Shown here: positions 18,406-29,037 of the stretch, piece after piece
How positions within the stretch are numbered: the stretch's first letter is position 1
Layout of the letters: every line of letters begins with the position of its first letter
IMG/VR virus record: IMGVR_UViG_3300030376_002891
Coordinates: 1-64,000 of that record
Source: an uncultured virus (IMG/VR IMGVR_UViG_3300030376_002891)
Lineage: Duplodnaviria > Heunggongvirae > Uroviricota > Caudoviricetes
Length of the DNA stretch: 64,000 bases
Reading direction: 5' to 3' (one strand)
Notes under the pieces: model-generated
Database searches by the model: none
What the model was told of the DNA's origin: nothing
What the model saw: the letters and a program-made list of their open reading frames with translations, nothing else
Translations under genes and position numbers: made by a program

Positions 18406-21400
18406 ATGCCAAGTCCAACTGACTTTAACCTCTCGCCGTACTTTGATGACTTCTCGGAAGATAAAAGCTTCCATAGAATTCTTTTTAGACCAGCATTTGC
18501 TGTACAGGCTAGAGAGTTAACTCAATCACAAACGATACTACAGAACCAATTTGAAAAAATGGGTAACCATATTTTTGAATCTGGTGCCCAAATGATTCCT
18601 GGTGAGATTACTTTTGACTTGGAATATTACGCAATCAAACTTACTTCTTTTGCTGGTACTACAGATTTATCACAATTTGTTGGACTAGAAATGACAGGAC
18701 AAACTTCTGGTGTAAAAGCAAAAGTTATCAATACAGATGTTGCAACTTCAACGGATCCTGCAACTCTATATGTTAAGTATACAAGAACTGGTACTAGTAC
18801 TCAAACACCAGACTTTGTAGCACCTGAAACGGTTTTAGGTGTACACCCAACACTAGGTAATTTAACTGGTGTTGTTCAGTCTGCTGAAACTGGTTCTGCG
18901 GCTGCGGTTGCAGCTGGTACTTATTACATTAATGGTTATGCTGTTAATGTTCCTGAACAAACAATTGTATTAGACAAATATACAAACACACCTTCTTATA
19001 GAGTAGGTTTAACAATTACAGAAAGTTTTATTACACCTAACCTAGATACTTCTCTAGTAGATAACGCTGCCGGTTCGTCAAACGCAAACGCACCTGGTGC
19101 TCACAGATTTAAAATTGCATTAACACTATCTAAACTATCAACTTCATCTATAGAAGACTCAAACTTTGTTGAGTTAATGAGATTACAAGATGGTAGATTA
19201 CAAAATAGAGTTAGAACTACAGAATATTCTATATTAGAAGATACACTTGCTAGAAGAACTGCTGACGAAAGTGGTGACTATACAATCAGACCTTTTGATT
19301 TAGATATTAGAGAACATTTAGATGATGGTAATAATAATAGAGGTATCTTTACTTCTGCAAATGGTGGTGACGCTACTAAACTTGCATTAGGATTATCTCC
19401 AGGTAAAGCATATGTTAAAGGATATGAAATTGATAAAGTAGGTACAACTTTTGTAGAAGTTGACAAACCAAGAAGTACAGGAACTGAAAATGGTTTCAAT
19501 ACTATCTTTGATGTTGGAAACTTTATGAATGTATCTAACGCATATAACGCTCCAGATGTTAACTTTGTAACCGGTAAGTCGGAAGCATTTAAATCATTAC
19601 AATTAAAACTTGCTAATTCAAGTTATGTTGCTGGTAATATCTCAACAAATGTAAACAACAAAGTATTAGACATAGGTAGAGCAAAATCTAAAGGTTATGA
19701 ATTTAACGCAACAACAGGTTCTGGTATAGGTAGTGCTTCAAACTTAGCACCATCTTCTCAAAATATATTTAAACATTATCTATTTGATATGGAAATGTTT
19801 AGTCATATTAAGATACCAACTAATCAAACATTTACAGATGGTGAATTAATAACTGGTAGTACTTCAGGTGCAACTGGTACAAAAGAAAGTGTATCAACAA
19901 ATACAACTTCTGCAATCACTTCATCTACAGCTGCAAATCCTGTTGTAATTACAATGACTGCTGATTTAGAAATAAATGATGGTGACGCAATTACGATAAC
20001 AGGTGTCGCAACTCAAACAGAATTAAATGACAATGTATATTATGTAAGACAACTTGTTGGTGGTGTTGCAAAAAGAGAATTTGAATTATATGACGCTGAC
20101 GGTGTTGGTGTTGATGGTTCTGCTCACGCAGGTGCTGGTGCTGGCGGAACTGCTTCTTGTTCAGTCGTAGTATTATCTGGTGTACAAGGAGAGTTTATTG
20201 TAGGAGAAACAATAACAGGTGGCACTTCATCAAATACTGCTGTTGTAAAAGCAAATGTATTTGGTAATCACGGTTTCACACATTACGGTTCAAGTGATGT
20301 AAAAGAATTAACAATGGCAGGAAGTCCAGTATATACTTCTCAAGCTGATTTAACTGCAACATATGGAGACAATACTCAATTATCTGGTAATATTTCTATT
20401 AGTGCTTCATCAGCAGATGTAACCGGTTTCAATACTCAATTCTTAACAGAATTAAAAATAGGAGATAGTGTTCAGTTTGCAACAACAGCTGGTACTATTT
20501 TAACTAGAACGGTTATCAACATTTTAACTTCATCTTCAATTAGACTTGATAGTGCAATCTCAACAACTGCTGTATCAAACTCATTGATTGTAAGAAGAAG
20601 AGCAAAATTACAAGACGCAAGTAAAAATATTTCATTATTCAGTTTACCATATGACACGGTTAAAACATTAAAGACAGAAGCAAACTCTGGTATTTCAGAT
20701 ACTTCATTTATCGTAAGAAAAACTTTTGTAGGTTCTTTATCTTCAACTGGTGATATTACGATTACTGCAAACACAGGTGAAACTTTTGTCGCTCAATCAG
20801 AATCAGATTATTCGGTAACAATTATGTCAGCAGGTGGTTCATCTTCTGCTGGTGCTGTCGGAGAAAAACTAACAACTACAGGTAATCAACACGAAGGCGA
20901 TACTTGTTTTACTTTAGGTGGTTCTCCAGTAGGTCGTTCACTAACTTTAGACTTTGGTGCTAATCATCAAGGACACGAAGTAAAAATTATTGCGACTATA
21001 TCTAAATCTGCACAAAACGAAAAATCAAAATCATTACAATCAAATGAAGCGGTTACAATTACAACACAAGGTGAAGCAACTGCAAATCATATCGCATTAG
21101 GTAAAGCAGATATTTACCAATTAGTATCTGTTAAGATGGCTGCTGACTTTAGTACAACACCAACTTCTTCTGATACTGATATTACAGATAGATTTACATT
21201 AGACAATGGTCAAAGAGATAACTTCTATGACATTGGTAGAATTGTAAGAAAACAAAATACTATTGCACCAACTGGACAATTATTAATTACATTTAACTAT
21301 TTCACACACGGTACTGGCGACTTCTTTAGTGTAGATAGTTATTCAGGTATTATTAATTACGAACAAATACCTAATTACACTTCTGATACTACAGGTCAAA

Positions 21401-24400
21401 CTTATGAGTTAAGAGATACACTAGATTTTAGACCACGAGTAGATGACGCAAGTACAATTAACTCTGGTGGCAACGATAGAAGTTTTGATGGCACAGGTGC
21501 TTCAACGGTTGATGTTGTTAAATTTAAAACAAATGTAACCACAGACCACGAATTTTATAAAGGAAGAGTAGACAAATTATTCTTAAACAAAGAAGGTACT
21601 TTTGAAGTACTTAAAGGTGCTGAAGATAGTATACCACAAGAACCTGGTTCTATTGATAACGCAATGCACCTTTACACTATTTCTTTACCACCATACACAT
21701 TATCTCCAGATAATGTATCGTATGAGACGGTAGAAAATAGAAGATACACAATGAGAGATATTGGTGCTATTGATAAGAAAATTGATAGAATAGAATATTA
21801 CACTCAATTGTCTCTATTAGAAAGTGCCGCTCAATCTTTACAAATACAAGACGCTGATGGTTTTGATAGATTTAAAAATGGTTTCGTAGTAGATAACTTT
21901 AACGGTCACGGTATCGGTGAAGTAACCAATGGTTCATACAGATGTTCTATTGACTATGCAAGAGGTGAGTTAAGACCTTTATTCAACCAAGACGCTGTAA
22001 AACTAGAAGAGATTGACGAAGATGGTACAACACTTGTTGATACTGATAGAGCAGCTGCAAACTATCAGAAGACTGGTGATTTATTAACATTACCATATAC
22101 AGAAAAAGATTTAATTAATCAACCTTTTGCTTCAAAAGCAATTAATGTTAACCCATTTGCAATTTTCAGTTGGATGGGTACAATTGACTTAACACCTTCA
22201 AGTGATGAATGGAGAGAAACACAAAGAACTCCTGATTTAGTTGTAAATTCTGATACAGGTGCTTGGGATCAATTACAAAGACAAACAGGTATTACAGACC
22301 AAGATGAGATTTCACTTGGTACGGTTTGGAACGAATGGCAAACTAACTGGACTGGTGCTCCGTTAACTTCAACGGTTACAGGTACTGGTGGAACATTTAG
22401 AAGTGGTCGTGCAATTGTAAGAAGAACTGAAATTACAAGTATTAACCAAGTTAACCAAAGTAGAACAGGTATTACAACTACTGCTGTTCCACAAACGGTT
22501 AGAACTTCTATGGGTGATAGAGTTGTATCAGTTGCTTTCGTACCATTTATCAGAAGCCGTGATGTTGAATTTGTTGCAACAAGATTAAAACCAAATACAA
22601 GAGTATTTCCATTCTTTGACAATGTAAGTATTGCTCAATACATTACACCAACAGGTGGTGCATTAGGTGGTAACTTAATTACAGATGACAATGGTTCTGT
22701 ATCAGGAACATTTACTATACCGGATCCAAAAATAGAAACTAATCCTAGATGGAGAACTGGAGAAAGAACATTTAGATTAACTTCTTCTTCAACAAACTCT
22801 TCGGACGCAGCTGCTGTTGCTACTGCGGCTAATGCTGAATATATCGCAAGAGGATTATTAAATACCGTTAGAGATACAATTGTTTCTACAAGAGAGTTTA
22901 GAGGTGTACAACAAACGGTTACAGATTCACAAACAATCTTACAAACAAGTACAAGACAAGGTACTCAAATTATAGGTTGGACAGACCCACTATCTCAAAC
23001 ATTTATGACAGATGAACAAGGTGGTGTTTTCTTATCTTCTGTAGATTTATATTTCTCAACAAAAGATTCTTCTATACCAATAACTATACAAGTTAGAAAT
23101 ACGGTCAATGGTTATCCTGGAAGTAAAATATTACCATTTGGTGAGGTTACAATAAATCCATCTGCTGTAAATACAAGTACTGATGGTTCAGTAAAAACAA
23201 CATTTACATTCCCATCGCCTGTTTACATACAAGATAAAGTTGAATACGCATTAACGGTGTTATCTAACTCAAACGAATATAATATGTATGTAGGTAGATT
23301 AGGAGAAACTAATTTAGGTTCTAATAGAACAATATCTAAACAACCATACGCTGGTGTATTATTTAAATCTCAAAACGGTTCTACTTGGACTGCTGAACAA
23401 AACGAAGATATGAAATTCGTTATGAAAAGATGTGAGTTTAATAATGTAGTAGGTACGGTTCATTTAGGTAGTAAAGAATTACCAGCACAAACATTAAAAC
23501 AAAATGGTTTAAGAACAACAAATGGTTCTGGTGTAATTAGAGTATTCTTTAAAAATCATAACTTACACGATACAAATTCTGTGGTTACAATTGCTGGTGT
23601 TCCTAATGGTACACACAATGGTATCGCACATACAGATATTAATGGAACATACACAACTATTTCTAATATAACTTTAGATAGTTTTGATATTACTGCTCAA
23701 AATTCTGCTACTGCAAATACTGATGGCGACATTGGTGGCACAGCAGTAACCTGCACAGGTAATAAACAATTTGATGTATTAAACTTAGCAGGTATTCAAA
23801 CTATGACGGTACCTGGTACAAGTTTAGCACCATTTATTAGAACAACAACTAGTAAATCAATTCACGGTACACAAACACCGTATCTATTAACTAGTGAAAG
23901 TAATAGACAATCGGTTACATTGGCAGATGACATTTACTTTACTGCACCTCAAGCAGTTATGTCAGGACCTAATGAAACAACTAGAATGTCAGGACAAAAA
24001 TCTTTCTATACTATTATAAGAATGGCAACAATTAATACTAAATTGTCTCCTGTAATTGATTTAGATAGAAGTAGTGTATTCTGTGTTTCAAACAGATTGA
24101 ATGACCCAACAAGTGGTAATACACCAAACTATGTTGCTGAAACTTCTGCAAATGGTTCATCAACTGCGTCTCAATATATTACTAAACCGATTACACTTGT
24201 AAACAACTCAACTGCTTTAGATATTAGATTGACACAAGTAGTTAGAGATACTTCTAAAGTTGAAGTTTATTTTAGAACTTCATCAGCAGACGAAGTAAGA
24301 GGTATCGGAGATATTGATTGGACACCTTTCAATGCAAATGGTGTTGAAGATGAATCTGTTGCAAAATCTAAAAATGATGATGACTTTAGAGAATACAAAT

Positions 24401-24519
24401 ATTCAAAAGATAACTTAAACGCATTTACAGCGTTTCAAATTAAGATTGTACTAAAAGGAACTAACTCTAGTTATCCACCAATCTTACGAGATATGAGAGG
24501 TATCGCATTAGCGATTTAA
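18406..24519 (+). CDS. Large virion structural protein (VrlC/DUF4815-like)
   Basis: SPYFDDF..ILFRP..VQARELTQSQTILQNQ, APGAHRFKI, RRYTMRDIG, DPLSQTF motifs. Confidence 0.85.
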   Translation: MPSPTDFNLSPYFDDFSEDKSFHRILFRPAFAVQARELTQSQTILQNQFEKMGNHIFESGAQMIPGEITFDLEYYAIKLTSFAGTTDLSQFVGLEMTGQTSGVKAKVINTDVATSTDPATLYVKYTRTGTSTQTPDFVAPETVLGVHPTLGNLTGVVQSAETGSAAAVAAGTYYINGYAVNVPEQTIVLDKYTNTPSYRVGLTITESFITPNLDTSLVDNAAGSSNANAPGAHRFKIALTLSKLSTSSIEDSNFVELMRLQDGRLQNRVRTTEYSILEDTLARRTADESGDYTIRPFDLDIREHLDDGNNNRGIFTSANGGDATKLALGLSPGKAYVKGYEIDKVGTTFVEVDKPRSTGTENGFNTIFDVGNFMNVSNAYNAPDVNFVTGKSEAFKSLQLKLANSSYVAGNISTNVNNKVLDIGRAKSKGYEFNATTGSGIGSASNLAPSSQNIFKHYLFDMEMFSHIKIPTNQTFTDGELITGSTSGATGTKESVSTNTTSAITSSTAANPVVITMTADLEINDGDAITITGVATQTELNDNVYYVRQLVGGVAKREFELYDADGVGVDGSAHAGAGAGGTASCSVVVLSGVQGEFIVGETITGGTSSNTAVVKANVFGNHGFTHYGSSDVKELTMAGSPVYTSQADLTATYGDNTQLSGNISISASSADVTGFNTQFLTELKIGDSVQFATTAGTILTRTVINILTSSSIRLDSAISTTAVSNSLIVRRRAKLQDASKNISLFSLPYDTVKTLKTEANSGISDTSFIVRKTFVGSLSSTGDITITANTGETFVAQSESDYSVTIMSAGGSSSAGAVGEKLTTTGNQHEGDTCFTLGGSPVGRSLTLDFGANHQGHEVKIIATISKSAQNEKSKSLQSNEAVTITTQGEATANHIALGKADIYQLVSVKMAADFSTTPTSSDTDITDRFTLDNGQRDNFYDIGRIVRKQNTIAPTGQLLITFNYFTHGTGDFFSVDSYSGIINYEQIPNYTSDTTGQTYELRDTLDFRPRVDDASTINSGGNDRSFDGTGASTVDVVKFKTNVTTDHEFYKGRVDKLFLNKEGTFEVLKGAEDSIPQEPGSIDNAMHLYTISLPPYTLSPDNVSYETVENRRYTMRDIGAIDKKIDRIEYYTQLSLLESAAQSLQIQDADGFDRFKNGFVVDNFNGHGIGEVTNGSYRCSIDYARGELRPLFNQDAVKLEEIDEDGTTLVDTDRAAANYQKTGDLLTLPYTEKDLINQPFASKAINVNPFAIFSWMGTIDLTPSSDEWRETQRTPDLVVNSDTGAWDQLQRQTGITDQDEISLGTVWNEWQTNWTGAPLTSTVTGTGGTFRSGRAIVRRTEITSINQVNQSRTGITTTAVPQTVRTSMGDRVVSVAFVPFIRSRDVEFVATRLKPNTRVFPFFDNVSIAQYITPTGGALGGNLITDDNGSVSGTFTIPDPKIETNPRWRTGERTFRLTSSSTNSSDAAAVATAANAEYIARGLLNTVRDTIVSTREFRGVQQTVTDSQTILQTSTRQGTQIIGWTDPLSQTFMTDEQGGVFLSSVDLYFSTKDSSIPITIQVRNTVNGYPGSKILPFGEVTINPSAVNTSTDGSVKTTFTFPSPVYIQDKVEYALTVLSNSNEYNMYVGRLGETNLGSNRTISKQPYAGVLFKSQNGSTWTAEQNEDMKFVMKRCEFNNVVGTVHLGSKELPAQTLKQNGLRTTNGSGVIRVFFKNHNLHDTNSVVTIAGVPNGTHNGIAHTDINGTYTTISNITLDSFDITAQNSATANTDGDIGGTAVTCTGNKQFDVLNLAGIQTMTVPGTSLAPFIRTTTSKSIHGTQTPYLLTSESNRQSVTLADDIYFTAPQAVMSGPNETTRMSGQKSFYTIIRMATINTKLSPVIDLDRSSVFCVSNRLNDPTSGNTPNYVAETSANGSSTASQYITKPITLVNNSTALDIRLTQVVRDTSKVEVYFRTSSADEVRGIGDIDWTPFNANGVEDESVAKSKNDDDFREYKYSKDNLNAFTAFQIKIVLKGTNSSYPPILRDMRGIALAI

Positions 24520-24522
24520 TAT

Positions 24523-24756
24523 ATGTCAAGTAGATATTTAAAAGTTGAAAGTGAAGTAAATTTAGTTAGAGATACACAATCAGGTGGTATTATTAATACT
24601 AATTCAAGTGAATTTGATTTGTATATGCAAAGAAGAAAATTAAGAGTATCAAGTGCTGACAAAATGAAAGATGTTTGTAGAGAGATAAATACTTTAAAGG
24701 CAGAAATGTTTGAGATAAAAGAATTATTAAAAAATATGTGTAAAGGTAAAGAATAA
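24523..24756 (+). CDS. Conserved small hypothetical protein
   Basis: LVRDTQSGGIINTN..EINTLKAEMFEIKELL; typical downstream neighbour of VrlC-like genes. Confidence 0.75.
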   Translation: MSSRYLKVESEVNLVRDTQSGGIINTNSSEFDLYMQRRKLRVSSADKMKDVCREINTLKAEMFEIKELLKNMCKGKE

Positions 24757-26057
24757 TGGCTGTAAGACAGGTAACAGAAACAGATAGTTTAGATAAATTA
24801 AGAATAGAGTTTAATGCTCTTGCGGCTAATGACTTTGGAGATATTGCAACTCTATCACCAACTTTATCTGCGACTTCTGTAATCGGTGCTGTTAACGAGA
24901 TTAATAGTATTGCGATTGCCGCTGCCGGTTTCATATTATCAGATGGTGTTAATACACAGGCGGTTGCTTCTGGTAACACTATGTTGGTTACTTCTGGTTT
25001 AGGTGTTAATGCAACGGTATCATCACCAGATACTTTAAATATTGCATTAAATAATAACTTATCAGGTTTAAATACAATTGATGTAGGTACTTCTGCTGAA
25101 ATATCAAACATTACAATTTCAACATCATCAATTATTTCTGCGAGTGGAACAATTGATTTTGGTAACGAACAATTAAATACAACAGGTGGTATAAGTGCTG
25201 GTGGTTCATTAGTTGGTTCTAGTTTAACACTTAACGGTGCTTCAATGAAATTTGAAGGTGCAACTGCAAACGCATTTGAAACTACTTTAAGAGTAGATGA
25301 TCCATCACAAGACAATATTATTACACTACCAGACATAAGTGGTACCGTTATTACTTCAGGTGATACAGGTACGGTAACTTCTACAATTTTAGCAAACAAT
25401 GCTGTAGGTACATCACAAATTGCTGACTCTTCGGTAACGATTGCAAAACTATCAGGATTTGCAAGTGCAACATTAACGGTTGACACTTTAGTTGCAAATA
25501 CTATTACAGGTACTGCTTCATTAGCAACACAAGTAGACATTACTGGTGAGTCCACTACTAACGCAACAAGATATTTAACTTTTGCTGATAATTCATCTGG
25601 TGCAAATACATTAAAAGCAGATACAAGTTTATACTATAACCCATCTACAAATATTTTAACAACGACTGCTACACAAGCAAGATATGCTGACTTGGCAGAA
25701 AAATACAAAGCAGATAAAGAATACGAAGTCGGTACGGTATTATGTATCGGTGGAACTGCTGAGGTAACTATATGTACACAAAATCATTGTTCAAAAGTAG
25801 TTGGTGTTGTATCAGAAAAACCTGCCTTTATTATGAACGGCAGTTTAGAAGGTGTAACCGCTACGGTTGCAATGACAGGAAGAGTACCAGTTAAAGTTTG
25901 TGGTCCTGTAAGAAAAGGCGATATGTTAGTATCTTGTGATAAAGCAGGATGTGCTAGAGCAGAAGCAGAACCAAGACCAGGAACATTAATTGGAAAATCA
26001 TTAGTCAATGACGATAATTCAGGAGAGAGAATTATAGAAGCAGTTGTTGGTAAATAG
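24756..26057 (+). CDS. Tail fibre-like protein with C-terminal intramolecular-chaperone (peptidase G2-like) domain
   Basis: S/T/G-rich shaft, FEGATANAFETTL; YADLAEKY..VVGVVS..GRVPVKV.G.V.KGDMLV. Confidence 0.7.
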   Translation: MAVRQVTETDSLDKLRIEFNALAANDFGDIATLSPTLSATSVIGAVNEINSIAIAAAGFILSDGVNTQAVASGNTMLVTSGLGVNATVSSPDTLNIALNNNLSGLNTIDVGTSAEISNITISTSSIISASGTIDFGNEQLNTTGGISAGGSLVGSSLTLNGASMKFEGATANAFETTLRVDDPSQDNIITLPDISGTVITSGDTGTVTSTILANNAVGTSQIADSSVTIAKLSGFASATLTVDTLVANTITGTASLATQVDITGESTTNATRYLTFADNSSGANTLKADTSLYYNPSTNILTTTATQARYADLAEKYKADKEYEVGTVLCIGGTAEVTICTQNHCSKVVGVVSEKPAFIMNGSLEGVTATVAMTGRVPVKVCGPVRKGDMLVSCDKAGCARAEAEPRPGTLIGKSLVNDDNSGERIIEAVVGK

Positions 26058-26066
26058 GAGTATATT

Positions 26067-26546
26067 ATGGACGAACAAACCCAATTGTGGATTTCCAGAT
26101 TAAAAGAGGAAATTCAATCACACGACAGATACGAAGCAAGACAATTATTCTACATAGATGACGAAGGACTTGACCGTGAGGTTAAAGAACATATGACTTA
26201 TGGAGAATGGTTAAGAGAATTTGAAAGATTCAAAACTATCAAGGTGGAAGGCTTAGAAGATGTGGCCTGGTTAAGAGAAGTTTTAGATGAAGTTGTATTG
26301 AATATCACAGGTAAGAAAAGACAAGATATTCATTTATTTGTAAATCAGAAACCAGGTGTTAGTTTTAGAGAACACAAAGATGATAAAGATGTTTACTTAT
26401 ATGTTGTAAAAGGCAAGAAGAAAGTATCATTGAACGGTGAAGTTAAACCAGTATATGATGACGAAGGTATATTGATAGAACAAGGCGTTAAACACTTTGT
26501 AGATAATGAAGCAGATACTTGGGGGTTAAGTATCGGAGTTGTATAA
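26067..26546 (+). CDS. JmjC/cupin-like Fe oxygenase
   Basis: IHLFVNQKPGVSFREHKDDKDVYLYVVKGKK..GVKHFV (HxD...H triad). Confidence 0.75.
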   Translation: MDEQTQLWISRLKEEIQSHDRYEARQLFYIDDEGLDREVKEHMTYGEWLREFERFKTIKVEGLEDVAWLREVLDEVVLNITGKKRQDIHLFVNQKPGVSFREHKDDKDVYLYVVKGKKKVSLNGEVKPVYDDEGILIEQGVKHFVDNEADTWGLSIGVV

Positions 26547-27577
26547 TGAATTGGATGTTTTATCTTAAAACAACCGAGACCTGCAATCTAAATTGTAAAC
26601 ATTGTTTTACTTCAGGTATCAATGGTCCTAAAGTCTACTGGAATCCAGATAAGATTATCAAGTGGCTTAAAAATTTCAGAAAATATAATTTTCAAAAACA
26701 CGATACAGCACATTTAGAACTACACGGTGGCGAACCGTTTTTAGTTCCTGTGTCTGAAATGCAATATGTCTATGACGCCACAAAGAATTTGTGGGAACAA
26801 CAATCAATGGGCATAACTTCCAATCTAGTTTTCAAACTTAAACAAGAACATATTGACTTTATCAAAGGTCCATTAGGTAATAGATGTGGAACAAGTTGGG
26901 ATCCTAATATAAGATTTGCAAATGAGAAACAAGCAAACTTATGGCGTAAGAATGTAGAGACATTAATCGCCGAAGGTGTCAATATTAAACTTTTTATTTC
27001 AGTAACCAAAGACACAATTAGAATTGAACCTATTGAATTACTAAAATGGGTAAGAGATTTGGGTGTAAAAGAAATGGCACTAGAAAGATTGACTGGAAAT
27101 GGTAATGCAAACTTACATCCAGAGATATTTCCTAGTAATATAGAACAAGACAAGTGGTTTTTGAAAATGCACGAACAATCTATTGAGTATAATACAAGAG
27201 ATTGGTTTGAAAATGAGTTTTTTGAGACAATTTATTCAAAATTTGAGTATGGTTCAACAAAAGATGGCACATTTTGCCGAGATTGTGAACAAAAACTATT
27301 TACACTTAACGCAACAGGCACAATAGGCGGTTGTCCTAACGCAGCTCCCGAGTTTAATTTTGGAACTTTAGATGACCCTCTAGTAGAACTTATAAATAGT
27401 CCTAAGAGATTAGAAAATGTTGCTTGTGAAGTGGCAAGGAACCCTAAATGCTTTGATTGTGAAGTATTTAAATATTGTGGAGGCGACTGCCATCAATTAG
27501 AATGGCAAGGTAATGTATGTGGTGCTCCTAAATCTCTTATGAAGCACTTAAAGAAACAAAGTGAGGCGAAATGGTAA
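26546..27577 (+). CDS. Radical SAM/SPASM protein 1
   Basis: CNLNCKHC; HGGEP; C-terminal C..GCP..CFDCEVFKYCGGDC..C. Confidence 0.93.
   Translation: MNWMFYLKTTETCNLNCKHCFTSGINGPKVYWNPDKIIKWLKNFRKYNFQKHDTAHLELHGGEPFLVPVSEMQYVYDATKNLWEQQSMGITSNLVFKLKQEHIDFIKGPLGNRCGTSWDPNIRFANEKQANLWRKNVETLIAEGVNIKLFISVTKDTIRIEPIELLKWVRDLGVKEMALERLTGNGNANLHPEIFPSNIEQDKWFLKMHEQSIEYNTRDWFENEFFETIYSKFEYGSTKDGTFCRDCEQKLFTLNATGTIGGCPNAAPEFNFGTLDDPLVELINSPKRLENVACEVARNPKCFDCEVFKYCGGDCHQLEWQGNVCGAPKSLMKHLKKQSEAKW
27391..27398 (+). promoter_or_regulatory. T4-type late promoter inside rSAM1, upstream of the CHxS-repeat protein
   Basis: TATAAATA about 170 nt before ATG 27571. Confidence 0.5.
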
Positions 27578-28344
27578 CTTTAAATAACCCGATAACGAGT
27601 CAAAACATAGTAGATAGATTTGAGGAACTGGTAACTGATATAGCAGACCACCATATTGTATGGGGTACTGATAATTTACCTGGTCACTCGGCATTTTCTG
27701 CTTCTGATTTTGGTGGAGTTGTTGATGGATTTAATCTTAACTTGATAAATGTATCAGGTTCTTATACTCAAAACGAAACCGTAACCGGTTCTATTACAGG
27801 TACAATAGGTACCGTAGTTAGTTGGTCTAACAATGTATTAAAAGTTAGAAACATAGTACCAGGTTCTGGTCAAACAGGATTTTTACAAAACGATATTATA
27901 TCTGGAACTAATTCTGGTGCTGTAGGTTCTGTAAATACTTTTAACGAAGTAAATGCTGTATCTATCGGTATCACAGGTTCATCTATTGGTAATGCAGGTT
28001 CATTAATTACTGCAAACCAAATTTATACTACACTTAAAAATGAAATGAACACCTATACTAATATTAAAAACACAAACGCTGTAGTTAATATGACAGGCGC
28101 AGGACAACAATATTCAGATACACAAATTGCACACTTACCAACATCAAATAGAACAACTTTAAATCCAAGTCAACCTAGTAATTTACAAGCAGGTCAAACT
28201 ATTGATGATAACAACTTGGAGAATTTCTTTTCAACACTTGCAAACTCTTATAATACTGAAAGAGGAAACACTTACACAATGACAAAAACTATTTGCCACA
28301 GCAGTTGCCACGGTAGTTGCCACGGAAGTAGAGGAAGAAGATAA
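27571..28344 (+). CDS. Virion-type protein with C-terminal (CHxS)3-RGRR tail; candidate radical-SAM substrate
   Basis: Baseplate-type repeat GSYTQNETVTGSITGTIGTVVSW; ends TICHSSCHGSCHGSRGRR. Confidence 0.8.
   Translation: MVTLNNPITSQNIVDRFEELVTDIADHHIVWGTDNLPGHSAFSASDFGGVVDGFNLNLINVSGSYTQNETVTGSITGTIGTVVSWSNNVLKVRNIVPGSGQTGFLQNDIISGTNSGAVGSVNTFNEVNAVSIGITGSSIGNAGSLITANQIYTTLKNEMNTYTNIKNTNAVVNMTGAGQQYSDTQIAHLPTSNRTTLNPSQPSNLQAGQTIDDNNLENFFSTLANSYNTERGNTYTMTKTICHSSCHGSCHGSRGRR
28294..28329 (+). repeat. 3 x 12-bp tandem repeat encoding CHxS
   Basis: TGCCACAGCAGT TGCCACGGTAGT TGCCACGGAAGT. Confidence 0.9.
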
Positions 28345-29036
28345 TGATTGAATCTATAGTACCAATTGAATTAAAAGACTTAAAAAAATACTTTGAAGAC
28401 AAAACAGAAACTTATCTATTAGACTATGAAAACAGCACATTGAAAGGTGCTCAGTTTTTAACATATTTAAGTAATTTAGATATACCTTGTGATATTAAGA
28501 ATATGGACGAAGAACTAATAAGTGAGTATCTTAAATCTCAAATGTTAGTTAGTATACCTAAATTAGAGAAAGAAATAATTGCTGTATTATTTGAACACAA
28601 AGGGTTGACAAAGACAGATAAATATAAGAGTGTTATAGAAGAGAACAAAGAGATACTTGACAAATGGGCAGGTAAATTAGAAAGTCTACCATTATATAAT
28701 ATGTCAATTGTCGGTGAAGGTGCTTTCAATGATTTTGTTGAGAGTTATCCTAAAGACGAAACAGAAGATGTAAGAGGTATCAACTTTGTTTCATTATTGA
28801 AACACAAAGAATTTTATAGTTATTATCAAATGCCAAAAGAAAACATTGTTAAGAATTATACAAAGTACTTTAAAGAATATATGTTTAAAGGTAAATCTTT
28901 ATTTGAATATTGGGCAAACGCAAGTAACCCATTATTCTTAATGACTTGGGCAGTTGCTGAAGGCAAATTTGATAGTAAAGAATATAACAAAAGGAAAATG
29001 GAAGGTGTACAAAATCTTCCACTAGAGAGTAAATAA
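28344..29036 (+). CDS. Hypothetical protein of the rSAM cluster
   Basis: 230 aa, coupled (TAATG) to the CHxS gene. Confidence 0.75.
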   Translation: MIESIVPIELKDLKKYFEDKTETYLLDYENSTLKGAQFLTYLSNLDIPCDIKNMDEELISEYLKSQMLVSIPKLEKEIIAVLFEHKGLTKTDKYKSVIEENKEILDKWAGKLESLPLYNMSIVGEGAFNDFVESYPKDETEDVRGINFVSLLKHKEFYSYYQMPKENIVKNYTKYFKEYMFKGKSLFEYWANASNPLFLMTWAVAEGKFDSKEYNKRKMEGVQNLPLESK

Positions 29037-29037
29037 T

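Noticed and set aside
24599..25555. 318-aa minus-strand ORF and the many other antisense ORFs within structural genes
   Set aside because: Shadow frames of S/T/G-rich plus-strand genes; no RBS, promoter or motifs
28294..28329. CHxS repeat as c-type heme-binding (CxxCH) motifs
   Set aside because: Spacing is CxxxCH, not CxxCH, and there is no export signal or cytochrome c maturation gene in the window
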